From an uncultured Rhizobiaceae bacterium (GTDB taxonomy: Bacteria; Pseudomonadota; Alphaproteobacteria; Rhizobiales; Rhizobiaceae), in NCBI GenBank assembly GCA_951813045.1, contig CATOTF010000001.1, positions 287,956 through 351,955 of the forward strand: a stretch of 64,000 nt of DNA, read 5' to 3'. How positions within the stretch are numbered: the first letter of the stretch is position 1; every line of letters begins with the position of its first letter. The translations under genes and the position numbers were made by a program. Positions 1-9,481 of this stretch are shown one piece after another. The notes below the pieces were generated by a model. That model was given only the letters and a program-made list of their open reading frames with translations, was not told where the DNA came from and did not search any database.

Positions 1-289
1 ATATCTTACCATCAACATGTGGCTGGATCAGTTCAACTGTCGCCTGATGATTCGAGTATGGGACCGTCAAGACCACCAACTCTCCAGCCGCTGCTGCTTC
101 GGTGTTCTCCATACCGGAAATCTGTACACCAACCTTTTCGCTCAACTCTTTGGCGGATTGCGCAGCGCGATCGCCGTCCCGTGAGCCGATAATGACGGTA
201 TGCCCAGCCTTTGCCCACCGAAGCGCAAGCCCGGAACCCAGAGCGCCCGTACCACCGACAATGGCAATCGTCAGGTTTTTACCGCTCAT
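1..289 (-). CDS. NpdG-like NADPH-dependent (F420) reductase family protein, N-terminal part only (3' end outside window)
   Basis: Hand reverse-translation from ATG at 289-287 gives MSGKNLTIAIVGGTGALGSGLALRWAKAGHTVIIGSRDGDRAAQSAKEL..., a Rossmann GxGxxG N-terminus typical of this family. The start overlaps the stop of the upstream thioesterase (ATGA). Confidence 0.55.
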   Translation of the reverse strand, partial: MSGKNLTIAIVGGTGALGSGLALRWAKAGHTVIIGSRDGDRAAQSAKELSEKVGVQISGMENTEAAAAGELVVLTVPYSNHQATVELIQPHVDGKI

Positions 290-711
290 CAATTTGATCC
301 TTTCGTGGAATAACAGGCGCGTCCGACCGCTATGAGGTGATCCGCATCATCATTCACATCCACATCAATGACGGCTATCGTCCGCCCTGCTTTTCGTACT
401 GTTGCCACAGCCGTCAGATCTGTATTCATGGCGGGGCGCAAATAATCGGTTCTGAAATTAATTGTGGGAAGCGGTTCACCGCTTGTTAGTGCCAGGCCGT
501 AACACCCCACGGTGTCGATAGCCGCCGAGATGGCACCACCGTGCCATTGCCGGGTGCCGGGTTGACGTTCCAAGGTTTCAGACATTTTGAGTTTTACGGT
601 CAGTTGCAGTTTCTCATGATCGACCTGGAGAACCTCGGGTCGAAACAATTGGTGGAAAAGGGATCGCCCGATCATTTCCTGCATGTCAGCCTTGGACAGA
701 ATATTGGTCAT
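289..711 (-). CDS. PaaI-type hotdog-fold thioesterase
   Basis: 140-aa ORF with WHGGAISAAIDTVG and FRTDYLRPA motifs typical of PaaI/YbdB thioesterases. It is in an operon with an acyl-CoA synthetase. Confidence 0.75.
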   Translation of the reverse strand: MTNILSKADMQEMIGRSLFHQLFRPEVLQVDHEKLQLTVKLKMSETLERQPGTRQWHGGAISAAIDTVGCYGLALTSGEPLPTINFRTDYLRPAMNTDLTAVATVRKAGRTIAVIDVDVNDDADHLIAVGRACYSTKGSN

Positions 712-722
712 CGCGTGATGCC

Positions 723-1655
723 TCAGCGTGTTCGCATTTTTTGCAAGGCAGGCAGGACGTCTTCGGCAAATCGCGCCACATAATCCATGCGCTCTTCCTC
801 TGGCATCACAAGCGCCATAATAAGGTGGTTGCTACCCTGTTCCACATAGGCACTAAGTTCTTCGATGATTTTATCAGCCGGGCCATAAGCACAATATTTG
901 TCGACGATCTTTTCAAACGGCATGTTGAAGCGGAATGATAATTGTTCGACCGCGCGATTGCGGGCTTCCTGCACATCGTCGTGTTGGGAAATATAGACAA
1001 AGCTGGTGAAAGCGAAGTCATCCGATAATTCACGCCCGGCTTCGCCCGCAAAATCGTGTACTTTTGTGACGGACTCTCCCAATTGCTCTGCCGTGTACAT
1101 ATATGGTTGCCAACCATCCCCCATGCGTGCGGCGCGGCGCATTGCCGGGTCACTACGGCCGCAAACCCAAAGAGGTGGACCACCTTCCTGATAAGGTGGC
1201 GGCAACATATCCATATCTTCAAAATTGAATATTTTACCGTCATAGCTGAAGCGCTCACCTGACCAGAACTTGCGCATGATCTCGATGCCCTCGTTGGCAC
1301 GGACGCCGCGTTCTTTCATGGAGACACCGCAGGCCTCAAACTCCCGAGGGTAATCGCCACCGATTCCAACCGAGGCAATCAATCGTCCCTTGGAAAGGAT
1401 GTCGATTGAGGTCAGTTCCTTTGCCAACATCGTTGGATGACGGAGTGGCATGATGATAGTTGAGGGTAGTAGTTTTATCCGCTCCGTCGCCGCCGCCGCG
1501 TAGGCAAGAACCGTGATCGTGTCGAGAATGGGTCGGAAAAAAATAATGTGTTCACCGGTTGTGAGGATATCAAACCCGTGATCCTCAACCTGTTTAATTT
1601 GGTGTGGTTCCCAAATATCACCATCAATATGAAAGCCAACCTGTACCGTTTTCAT
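723..1655 (-). CDS. LLM-class (luciferase-like) flavin/F420-dependent oxidoreductase
   Basis: 310-aa ORF with TIM-barrel LLM signatures (FDILTTGEH, GRLIASVGIGG, ERGVRANEGIEIMRKFW). Its 4-nt overlap with the upstream gene suggests translational coupling. Confidence 0.8.
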   Translation of the reverse strand: MKTVQVGFHIDGDIWEPHQIKQVEDHGFDILTTGEHIIFFRPILDTITVLAYAAAATERIKLLPSTIIMPLRHPTMLAKELTSIDILSKGRLIASVGIGGDYPREFEACGVSMKERGVRANEGIEIMRKFWSGERFSYDGKIFNFEDMDMLPPPYQEGGPPLWVCGRSDPAMRRAARMGDGWQPYMYTAEQLGESVTKVHDFAGEAGRELSDDFAFTSFVYISQHDDVQEARNRAVEQLSFRFNMPFEKIVDKYCAYGPADKIIEELSAYVEQGSNHLIMALVMPEEERMDYVARFAEDVLPALQKMRTR

Positions 1656-3157
1656 TGCGCCTGCTCCCGCTTGGTGAATTCTGCCAGGATAAATTCTTCC
1701 AGATCGCCACGCTTTACCTTACCGATGGCCGAGAGCGGAATTTTGTCGATCATTGTCATGAATTCCGGCCATTTGGCTTTGTCCAAACCGACCCCTTGGC
1801 AATGGCTTCTCAATGCTTCCAATGTCACCAGCGTATCTGACACCACCACAGCGGCCAATCGCGAACCCAATCGATCATCAGGATAGCCGATTATCGCGAC
1901 ATCGATTACGTCACTATGGCCGAGCAACACATTCTCGATTTCCAATGGTGAAATGTTCTCACCACCGCGCAGGATAATATCCCGAGCCCGACCAATCATT
2001 TTGATGTAACCGTCCGGACGCTGATCAGCGGCATCGCCGGTCTTGTACCAACCGTCCGCTGCTAAACGTCCATCGGGATCGCCGCTCCAGTAACCCATCA
2101 TCATTTGCGGTGGGCAATGAAGCTCCAACTCACCATCAACGACGCGTGTAGTGGTGCCCGGCATCGCAATACCGTCCGTATTCAACCGTTGATCCAGATT
2201 AGCATCGAGTGGAACCGCAGTCACAGCACCGGCTTCCGAGGTTCCAAAATAGGACCAGATCTGGCAATCCGGCATGACGTCGAGGCCCCGTTGAACCAGT
2301 GAACGTGGAACCGGAGCGCCAGCAGACGGAAAGAAGCGCAGTGATTTTACGCGCTCGGTCCCGTTGGTTTCTGCAAACGTTACGAAATCCACCAAAAAGG
2401 GGGTCGGTGCAACGGTGAATACACATTTGTGGCGCTCGATCAGGTCGACAGCTGTATCTATTTTCCAGCGTGATACCAACACCATGACGGAATCAAGCAT
2501 CAGCGACATACGCACCCCGAACAATAAAGCAACTGCATGACCGACCGGTGATGAGACCAATATCGGGTCATTTTCGGTCAGCCCAAAATGTTCAGCAAAT
2601 ACTTGTGTCTGCCGTTCGAGCGAAGCGTAACTGTGCATCGCCGCTTTCGGTGTTCCTGTGGTGCCGGATGTGCAGGCAAGCCATGCCAGTTCGTCTTGAC
2701 CACGCGGCGGTGGCGCGGACGGGCCGATGGGAGCCTCTTCATCGGGGCGAAAACGTCGGTCGCCCAGTTGCTCGAACAAGGGATTGTCGCCCACCAGATG
2801 TTCAGTGAGCACTACACATTTTGCACCTAGAATTTCTGCCAGCTCCGTAATACTTGTGCCGGCTGACCATGGCAGGTTAACCAGAACGGCACCGCAAAGG
2901 CGGATGGCCAAATAGTCAACCACGAACTCAATCACGTTAGGTCGCGCAACGATAACCCGGCTACCGGGAGTTACGCCCTGGGCGATAAACTGACCTGCAC
3001 GCTGTCGCGAGCGTAAGATTAATTCACCGACAGTTACCTCACGCTCGGTTTCCGCAATCGCGAGGGCATTGTGATCTCTTGCGCACAGGCGCGCCCACTC
3101 ATCTGCGGCATAATCGCGAAAATCGATATCTGTCTGCGCAATTGAGCTCATATCCAT
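1652..3157 (-). CDS. AMP-dependent synthetase/ligase (acyl-CoA synthetase family)
   Basis: 501-aa ORF with the AMP-binding motif TSGTTGTPKA, YFGTSE, GWYKTGD and a C-terminal GKVKR lysine motif. Confidence 0.88.
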   Translation of the reverse strand: MDMSSIAQTDIDFRDYAADEWARLCARDHNALAIAETEREVTVGELILRSRQRAGQFIAQGVTPGSRVIVARPNVIEFVVDYLAIRLCGAVLVNLPWSAGTSITELAEILGAKCVVLTEHLVGDNPLFEQLGDRRFRPDEEAPIGPSAPPPRGQDELAWLACTSGTTGTPKAAMHSYASLERQTQVFAEHFGLTENDPILVSSPVGHAVALLFGVRMSLMLDSVMVLVSRWKIDTAVDLIERHKCVFTVAPTPFLVDFVTFAETNGTERVKSLRFFPSAGAPVPRSLVQRGLDVMPDCQIWSYFGTSEAGAVTAVPLDANLDQRLNTDGIAMPGTTTRVVDGELELHCPPQMMMGYWSGDPDGRLAADGWYKTGDAADQRPDGYIKMIGRARDIILRGGENISPLEIENVLLGHSDVIDVAIIGYPDDRLGSRLAAVVVSDTLVTLEALRSHCQGVGLDKAKWPEFMTMIDKIPLSAIGKVKRGDLEEFILAEFTKREQAQ

Positions 3158-3159
3158 AC

Positions 3160-4185
3160 CTAGATTTTTTTAATTTCAGCAACGAGTTTTGCCGTATCGT
3201 CATCGCTCAATCCATCGAACCAGGACTCGTCAATTTGTATCCGATTGACGGTGCTTCCAAATCTCTTTTTTAAAGCAGCAGGAAGGTCGGCGGGTTTCTC
3301 GACGACTGCATAAGCCTCCAGCATTTCGTCGGAAACGAGATTCCCCATTTCCTTCCATTTCTGCTCGCGCGCCATTTCGATAAAGTCGGTCAGGTTAACG
3401 TCCCAGCCATGCATGTCGAGCATCTCTTTATATTCGGGTGTGGAGGCATAAAGGGCCACTCTTTCCTTCAATCCCGCCCGTATACGTTCCAACCCTTCGT
3501 CAGTCGTGGCGCATCCGATAAAGCCGTAGCTTCCCAGATCGATATCATCGAGTGAGCGGCCTGTTTTCTTAGCACCAATCTCCAAATTGGGAAGCATAAC
3601 CTCTTCATGCCATTTGTACGTAATGGGATCGCCGGGCAGGTGCCCATCGGCCATTTTCCCGCAAAGTTGGCACATCAGTTTGTTAATGGCGGCAAGGTAG
3701 ATGGGCGGGCGGCCATATTCTAATGGACCTGGATTATAATAGGGGATCATCAGGTCGTGCTTGTAATACTCGCCCTGATAATTCAGCCGCGTTCCGTTTT
3801 GCCAGCAATCCCAGATCGCGTGGAGCGCTTCCATATATTCGCGCATGCGTTTGACGGGCGGAAGATGTTCCATGCCAAAACGTCTAGTAGAATGCGCCTT
3901 GATCTGACTGCCGATCCCCAGCTGAAACCGCCCTCTTGAAAGGGAGTGAATAGACCAGGCATCATAGGCTGTCGCCATGGGCGAGCGTGGGAAGGCAACA
4001 AATACGCCCGTAAGTAAGTTCACCTTTTCGGTCACCATAGCGCCTGCCACGCAAGACAATGTAGGTGGAACGGTGAGTTCCAACAACGTCGTGCCATCAT
4101 AGCCAAGACGTTCAGCGCGCGCTATCGCGTCGGGCATTTCTTCCAGCTTGTGAGGTCGAACCATGGAATAAACACGCATTGTCAT
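3160..4185 (-). CDS. LLM-class oxidoreductase (resembles the probable F420-dependent subgroup)
   Basis: 341-aa ORF with LLM-like GRFQLGIGSQ and RMREYMEALHAIW segments. It overlaps the hyuB-like stop (4182-4185). Confidence 0.7.
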   Translation of the reverse strand: MTMRVYSMVRPHKLEEMPDAIARAERLGYDGTTLLELTVPPTLSCVAGAMVTEKVNLLTGVFVAFPRSPMATAYDAWSIHSLSRGRFQLGIGSQIKAHSTRRFGMEHLPPVKRMREYMEALHAIWDCWQNGTRLNYQGEYYKHDLMIPYYNPGPLEYGRPPIYLAAINKLMCQLCGKMADGHLPGDPITYKWHEEVMLPNLEIGAKKTGRSLDDIDLGSYGFIGCATTDEGLERIRAGLKERVALYASTPEYKEMLDMHGWDVNLTDFIEMAREQKWKEMGNLVSDEMLEAYAVVEKPADLPAALKKRFGSTVNRIQIDESWFDGLSDDDTAKLVAEIKKI

Positions 4186-5879
4186 TGCCTTTCTTCCGTG
4201 CTGGAGTTGGCGTTTCCACCATAGTGTTTCTCAATGTATGAGTCCGAAAATTTCCTGCTGCGTTGGTCAAGTTCAATGGCTTTCGCGTCGCGTTTTTCCG
4301 GCGAGCCATATCCACCAGCACCGGGCGTTTCTACAATGATGACATCATCCCGGCTCACTTGCACCTCACCGGGTTTGTCGTCCAGTCGGCGCTGGCCATC
4401 CTTGTCTTTAATAAGAAACCGCCCGGAACCGCCATCCTGCCCACCAAATAACCCCCAGGGCTTGTAACGGAAACGCTCGCCAGCGCCGTTAAATACACAT
4501 TCATGGTCAACAGGTTTTAAAACACGCCGCAGGCCCATGCCGCCGCGATAGGTTCCCGCTCCACCCGAATCCTGAATAAATCCATATTCCACCACCCGAA
4601 TGGGATACTCCTGCTCAATCGACTCAACCGGCAAGTTCGATGTGTTGGTAATACCGACCTGCACACCGTCTTTACCATCTTTGGTTGCTCGGGCCCCCAT
4701 ACCACCGGCAAGTGTTTCAAAATATAGATATGGTTTGCCGGTACGTGGATCGACGCCTGAGAACACCGCGGTGGTGTTGGCTCCGTTTGCCGCGGCAATT
4801 ACACGCTCAGGAATTGCTTTGGAAAGGGCACCAAATACAACATCGATAACCCGCTGGCACGAATGCGCTCTTGCTGCCACCGGCGCAGGGAATACAGAAC
4901 TTAGCAAAGTCCCCGGTTCGCAGATGATCTCAACCACATCCAAAATGCCCTGATTGCTGGGCATGTCGGAATCCAGCGCGCCGATCAGCGCGTAACACGC
5001 GCTCGCCTGAACAGCGTTTAACGTTGTATTGATGTTTCCAAGAACCTGTTTGCTCGTGCCCGTAAAATCAAGACAAATATTGTCGCCCTTCACCGTCAGC
5101 TTCAAACAGATGGGAATGTCCATCGTTCCCATTCCGTCGCCATCCATGAAATCGGTGAACTCGTAGGTACCATCGGGGATTTCAGAGATTGCAGCTTTCA
5201 TGCGAACCGCTGTCCGGGACATTATCTCGTCAAATGCTTCCAAGACATTATCGAGCCCATGGACATCAATGACCTCATTGAACCGACGTGCGCCAAGTTT
5301 GCATGATGCGATTTGAGCGTTGTGATCCCCCTTGCGTTCTTCGGGAACACGAACATTCAGCAGGAGGATGTCCATAATATCCGTCTGTAACGTGCCCTGT
5401 CGGAACAGTTTCACAACCGGTATTCGCAGACCTTCCTGATAGATTTCGGACATCCCCCCAGCCATGGAGCCCGGCACCATGCCACCAATATCTGCGTGAT
5501 GCGCAATGTTGCAGACGAAGGCGACGAGCGCACCTTCAACGAAGATCGGCATGGCATAGTTTATGTCAGGCAGGTGGGTGCCACCAGCAGTGTGAGGATC
5601 ATTGGCAATAAAGATGTCGCCCTCGTGAATATCACCATCAAATTTGTCGAGTACACACCGCATAAGACCACCCATGGATGCAATGTGAATGGGTAATGTG
5701 AGGGCCGCCTGAACAACAAGCTTTCCTTCTCGATCAACGATGGCAATGGAGTGATCTTTACGCTCCTTGATATTGGTCGAATATGAAGACCGCATCAAAG
5801 CGGCAAAACATTCATCGGCAATTGAGCGAAGGCTGTTGGAGATTATTTCAAGGCTGATCGGGTCGAGTTTGGCGGCCAT
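4182..5879 (-). CDS. Hydantoinase B/oxoprolinase family protein
   Basis: 565-aa ORF starting MAAKLDPISLEIISNSLRSIADE with NDPHTAGGTHLPD, hallmarks of the HyuB/OplaH B subunit. Confidence 0.9.
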   Translation of the reverse strand: MAAKLDPISLEIISNSLRSIADECFAALMRSSYSTNIKERKDHSIAIVDREGKLVVQAALTLPIHIASMGGLMRCVLDKFDGDIHEGDIFIANDPHTAGGTHLPDINYAMPIFVEGALVAFVCNIAHHADIGGMVPGSMAGGMSEIYQEGLRIPVVKLFRQGTLQTDIMDILLLNVRVPEERKGDHNAQIASCKLGARRFNEVIDVHGLDNVLEAFDEIMSRTAVRMKAAISEIPDGTYEFTDFMDGDGMGTMDIPICLKLTVKGDNICLDFTGTSKQVLGNINTTLNAVQASACYALIGALDSDMPSNQGILDVVEIICEPGTLLSSVFPAPVAARAHSCQRVIDVVFGALSKAIPERVIAAANGANTTAVFSGVDPRTGKPYLYFETLAGGMGARATKDGKDGVQVGITNTSNLPVESIEQEYPIRVVEYGFIQDSGGAGTYRGGMGLRRVLKPVDHECVFNGAGERFRYKPWGLFGGQDGGSGRFLIKDKDGQRRLDDKPGEVQVSRDDVIIVETPGAGGYGSPEKRDAKAIELDQRSRKFSDSYIEKHYGGNANSSTEERQ

Positions 5880-5881
5880 AA

Positions 5882-7948
5882 TTATTCGCCCTCTCCGATA
5901 GTGATGATCAAATGACGATGGGGTGTCACGGTCGCGCTATCGCCGGGATATACAGGCGTAGTGGTGTCAAGCTGTTCAATGATTGCCGGTCCATTGATTG
6001 TTTGGCCCGATATCAGTTCCGCGCGCGAATAGACCGCAGTTTCGACGGCCTCATCATCATTGAAAAACACAGATCGATGTTCTCTTGGCTTCCCATCCAG
6101 TACAGATGCATCATCCGCTACCGGATCACTCTCCTTAAACAGGCGAGCACTTGCTGAAAGGCGGACATTGACGATTTCCACCCCATCATCCGGGCTTGCA
6201 TAGCCATAAGCGGTTTCATGGGAGTCGCAAAACAGGATATGTAGTTCATTTGCGCTTCGAATATCAGTCGTACCGAGCGAGGGCGCGCTCGCAATAGGAA
6301 CAGCAAGTTCAAAATTTTGACCAACATATCGTGCATCCACAACAAGCTGTAACATACGCACATCTGCCGGCGCTTTCTCCTGTTTAAACCAGATCGCTGC
6401 ACGCTTGTTGAGATAGGCGAGAGCATCGCGAAGAATTTTAATTCCAGCGTCATTGAGAGCGAACCGCCGACTGACGACAAAATCTTCTTTCAAATCAGAA
6501 ACCAAAAGACCTTGTGCACAAACAATGCCGGGTGCGGCGGGCACGACCATCTCTCGCATCCCAAGGCTTATGGCGACATCGCGTGCATGTAGAGGCCCTG
6601 CACCGCCAAACGGCATCAATACAAATTCCCGAGGATCGTGCCCCCGCTCCACTGAAATCGTGCGGATCGTGCGAACCATATTGGCTACCATCACGCCCAA
6701 CGCGCCACGGGCCGTTTTCTCAACGGAAAACCCAAGCTCGTCGGCAATCGGTTGATAGGCGGCACGCGAAAGGTCCGCATCCAATCCCATATCGCCATCC
6801 AACAGGCCACGGGTAGACAGGCGTCCAAGCAACAGATTGGCATCTGTTACGGTTGGACGTTCCCCACCCTGACCATAACAGGCAGGCCCAGGCGTTGCAC
6901 CAGCGCTTACCGGTCCCATTTTTAAAAGCCCGTCGCGGTCGAACCAGGCAATCGACCCGCCGCCAGCGCCAACAGTTTCAACATCAACGCTGGGAAGTCT
7001 GATTGGGAAACCGGCCACATCCCGGTCGAATGCGACGTCTACTTCAAAATTCCGGATAAGTGCGACATCAGCACTGGTCCCGCCGATATCCAGAGTTATA
7101 ATATTATGGCGGTCGGCCTGCCTGGCAACATGGGCCGCGCCAACCGCACCAGCTGCCGGGCCTGAAAGCGCAGTACGTACTGGTAGCTCACGCGAGCGCT
7201 GAGGCGACATCAATCCACCGCTTGATTGATTGATCCCTAAAGTCGCACTGGCTGCTTGCCTGCTAACCCCGTCTTCCAGCGTTTGCAAATATTTGCTCAT
7301 AATAGGTTGCAAATATGCGTTCAACACTGTTGTCGACAGGCGCTCATATTCGCGAAACTCCGACTGAACCTCGCTGGATAAAGACAAAGCAATGTGAGGT
7401 GCTTTCTCTCGCATAATCTCTGCGACCAATTGTTCGTGAGCCGGATTGCGAAATGCAAACAAAAACCCAATCGCACAGGCCGTCGCTCCAGTTTTGATCA
7501 CTTCATCAATTGCTTTTTCAATCGCTTCACGTGCTGGCGCAGTGACGACGTCACCCTGCGCATCCATCCGCTCTTCCAGCTCGATGCGGTTTTCTCGATC
7601 AACCAGTGGAACCGGGTGATCGCGTTGCAAATCATACATATGAGGTCTGGTCTGACGGCCAATTTCAAGCAGATCACGAAACCCTTTGGTCGTGATCAAA
7701 GCAACCGTATCACCCGAGCGTTGGATCAGCGCATTCGTACCTACCGTCGTACCGTGGGACAGGCGTGTAATATCATCCAGACTGATGTCATGTTGTTTGC
7801 AGATATCGCTTAAGCCGGTCAGGATGGCTTGCGCCGGGTTGGACGGAGTAGATGATGTTTTTCCCACATGGACGGCGCCGGATTCATCATTCGCCGCGTA
7901 AAAATCGGTAAACGTTCCACCAACATCAACACCAATGGTCCAGCCCAT
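5882..7948 (-). CDS. Hydantoinase A/oxoprolinase family protein
   Basis: 688-aa ORF with N-terminal IGVDVGGTFTDF and later LDIGGTSADV ATPase motifs of the HyuA family. It is spaced 2 nt from the B subunit. Confidence 0.9.
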   Translation of the reverse strand: MGWTIGVDVGGTFTDFYAANDESGAVHVGKTSSTPSNPAQAILTGLSDICKQHDISLDDITRLSHGTTVGTNALIQRSGDTVALITTKGFRDLLEIGRQTRPHMYDLQRDHPVPLVDRENRIELEERMDAQGDVVTAPAREAIEKAIDEVIKTGATACAIGFLFAFRNPAHEQLVAEIMREKAPHIALSLSSEVQSEFREYERLSTTVLNAYLQPIMSKYLQTLEDGVSRQAASATLGINQSSGGLMSPQRSRELPVRTALSGPAAGAVGAAHVARQADRHNIITLDIGGTSADVALIRNFEVDVAFDRDVAGFPIRLPSVDVETVGAGGGSIAWFDRDGLLKMGPVSAGATPGPACYGQGGERPTVTDANLLLGRLSTRGLLDGDMGLDADLSRAAYQPIADELGFSVEKTARGALGVMVANMVRTIRTISVERGHDPREFVLMPFGGAGPLHARDVAISLGMREMVVPAAPGIVCAQGLLVSDLKEDFVVSRRFALNDAGIKILRDALAYLNKRAAIWFKQEKAPADVRMLQLVVDARYVGQNFELAVPIASAPSLGTTDIRSANELHILFCDSHETAYGYASPDDGVEIVNVRLSASARLFKESDPVADDASVLDGKPREHRSVFFNDDEAVETAVYSRAELISGQTINGPAIIEQLDTTTPVYPGDSATVTPHRHLIITIGEGE

Positions 7949-8198
7949 AAATGTGCCCTTCCGGCAATAAAATTTATCTTTGGCGGTGGATCGCCGTAAA
8001 ATACGTAGTGTACTACCAATTATTTATGAGTCAATTCATTCACACGGATTATCGTGTAAGTTTATCGCCAACGGGATAAGATGATTAGTATCCGGGCGCG
8101 GTAATAATATAAGAATGAATTGAGGCCAATAAGCCTGTGGATCCTCTTGCCGTGCGCTAGGTTTCCCCCGTAAATATTTTAATGTTACACTGAGCCCG

Positions 8199-8690
8199 AT
8201 GAACGACAAAACGCCCAATACACCTAGAGATTTCTCCGATCTTTATGATCGACCTGGATATCTAATCCGGCGTCTTCACCAAATTCATGTGGCGATGTTT
8301 TTAGACGAATGTGCCGAATTTAACCTGACCCCGGTACAATTCGCAGTCCTGACGGTACTGGCGAAAACAGGAACGCTTGATCAGGTGTCTATTGCAAAAA
8401 AGATAGGCGCGGACCGCAATACGGTTGCCGATGTTTTGCGGCGATTGGAGCGACGGGGCCTGATTGAGCGCCCGCCTAGCACAACTGACAAACGCACAAA
8501 ACTTGCAAGAATTACAGCAAATGGCAGTTCATTTGTTGAGGCGGTACAACCCAAAATGATCGAAGCTCAAAAACGTCTGACCGCTCCCATCGACCGGGAG
8601 GAGTACGATACGCTGAACCGGATCCTGCAAAAGCTGCTGCAGGGCACCAAAGAATCCAGCCGCGCACCATTGAGCTATGATTTTGAATAA
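8199..8690 (+). CDS. MarR-family transcriptional regulator
   Basis: 163-aa ORF with a winged HTH (LTPVQFAVLTVLAKTGTLDQVSIAKKIGADRNTVADVLRRLERRGLIER). It is divergent from the hydantoinase operon. Confidence 0.85.
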   Translation: MNDKTPNTPRDFSDLYDRPGYLIRRLHQIHVAMFLDECAEFNLTPVQFAVLTVLAKTGTLDQVSIAKKIGADRNTVADVLRRLERRGLIERPPSTTDKRTKLARITANGSSFVEAVQPKMIEAQKRLTAPIDREEYDTLNRILQKLLQGTKESSRAPLSYDFE

Positions 8691-9003
8691 GGGGTCGGTT
8701 TCTCAATCGGTTCATGAAACCGAAGTGAAATTTGATCTTACTGGCGTGGGGTTTGCGATGGCAGAAGGGACTTGGCCCAAAGAGATATTCGGGCTCCGCC
8801 TCGCTATCCAACTAGCTTCAACCTCGCCACCCCTTGACACCGTTATCTTCGACGTTGCGAAAAGCTGCTGCCCCCAGTTTCGATGCGGCCTTTCAAGCCG
8901 TCAGCGATAGATGCGATCCGTATACCGCAAACGAATGCGTCGATTTCTTCAAGGTTCCACCGCATGAGATCAAGAAGCTCCGAAACGCTCTTGAGTCCCA
9001 AAA

Positions 9004-9399
9004 ATGCCCAGAACTGAGTTAATGGGAACTGTAAATGTTTGGGCCGCTTTAATCGGTATTTTGATGTTTAGCATCGGCTCAAGCGATGCGATAGCTGATG
9101 AGCTTTTTCGCTGTAAACCGCTTTATCCGGTGTTTTGCCATAATATTCATGTGGGTTGCGCCGGGCGTACCGCGGTTCCCGCTCGCGCGTTCTCGGTCTC
9201 TCGACAGGGGGGCAAAGCTTCCGTGACATTTGATGATGGTAGCAGATGGTGGGCAGATGTTGAGGAAGCAAATGGTGATACAATTCTGATGCGCATCGGA
9301 TCACAAAACTGGATCCGAATTGAGGATAACGGTCGGTTCAGCTACAGGGTCTATAGTGACGTAAACGCTTTGATGGCCTTGGGCCAATGCACCAATTAG
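9004..9399 (+). CDS. Hypothetical small secreted protein (signal peptide, several Cys)
   Basis: 131-aa ORF with a hydrophobic N-terminus (VNVWAALIGILMFSIGSSDAIA). I recognise no family. It lies directly upstream of eboA. Confidence 0.4.
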   Translation: MPRTELMGTVNVWAALIGILMFSIGSSDAIADELFRCKPLYPVFCHNIHVGCAGRTAVPARAFSVSRQGGKASVTFDDGSRWWADVEEANGDTILMRIGSQNWIRIEDNGRFSYRVYSDVNALMALGQCTN

Positions 9400-9481
9400 A
9401 GATTTCGGTGCGGACGGTTGACAGCATGCTTGGATGACCTGTCTACTTATTCCTATCCATACCACGTTGCTACGAGATATA

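Noticed and set aside
806-1300. Long ORFs antisense to or overlapping well-supported genes. Examples are 806..1300, 10318..10911, 20969..21610, 26197..26853, 30313..30966, 35471..36043, 42258..42788, 43374..43853 and 45694..46191.
   Set aside because: Their compositions are typical of shadow frames (Arg/Ser/Pro-rich or low-complexity) and I recognise no family motifs. Each lies fully inside a gene with strong motif support on the other strand or frame. Such ORFs are expected by chance in DNA of this GC content.
7949-8198. Short inverted repeats in the hyuA/marR divergent region (ACACG-N6-CGTGT; GTAGT-GT-ACTAC), considered as MarR operators.
   Set aside because: The arms are only 5 bp. Matches of that size are expected by chance in 250 bp, so they are not reported as features.
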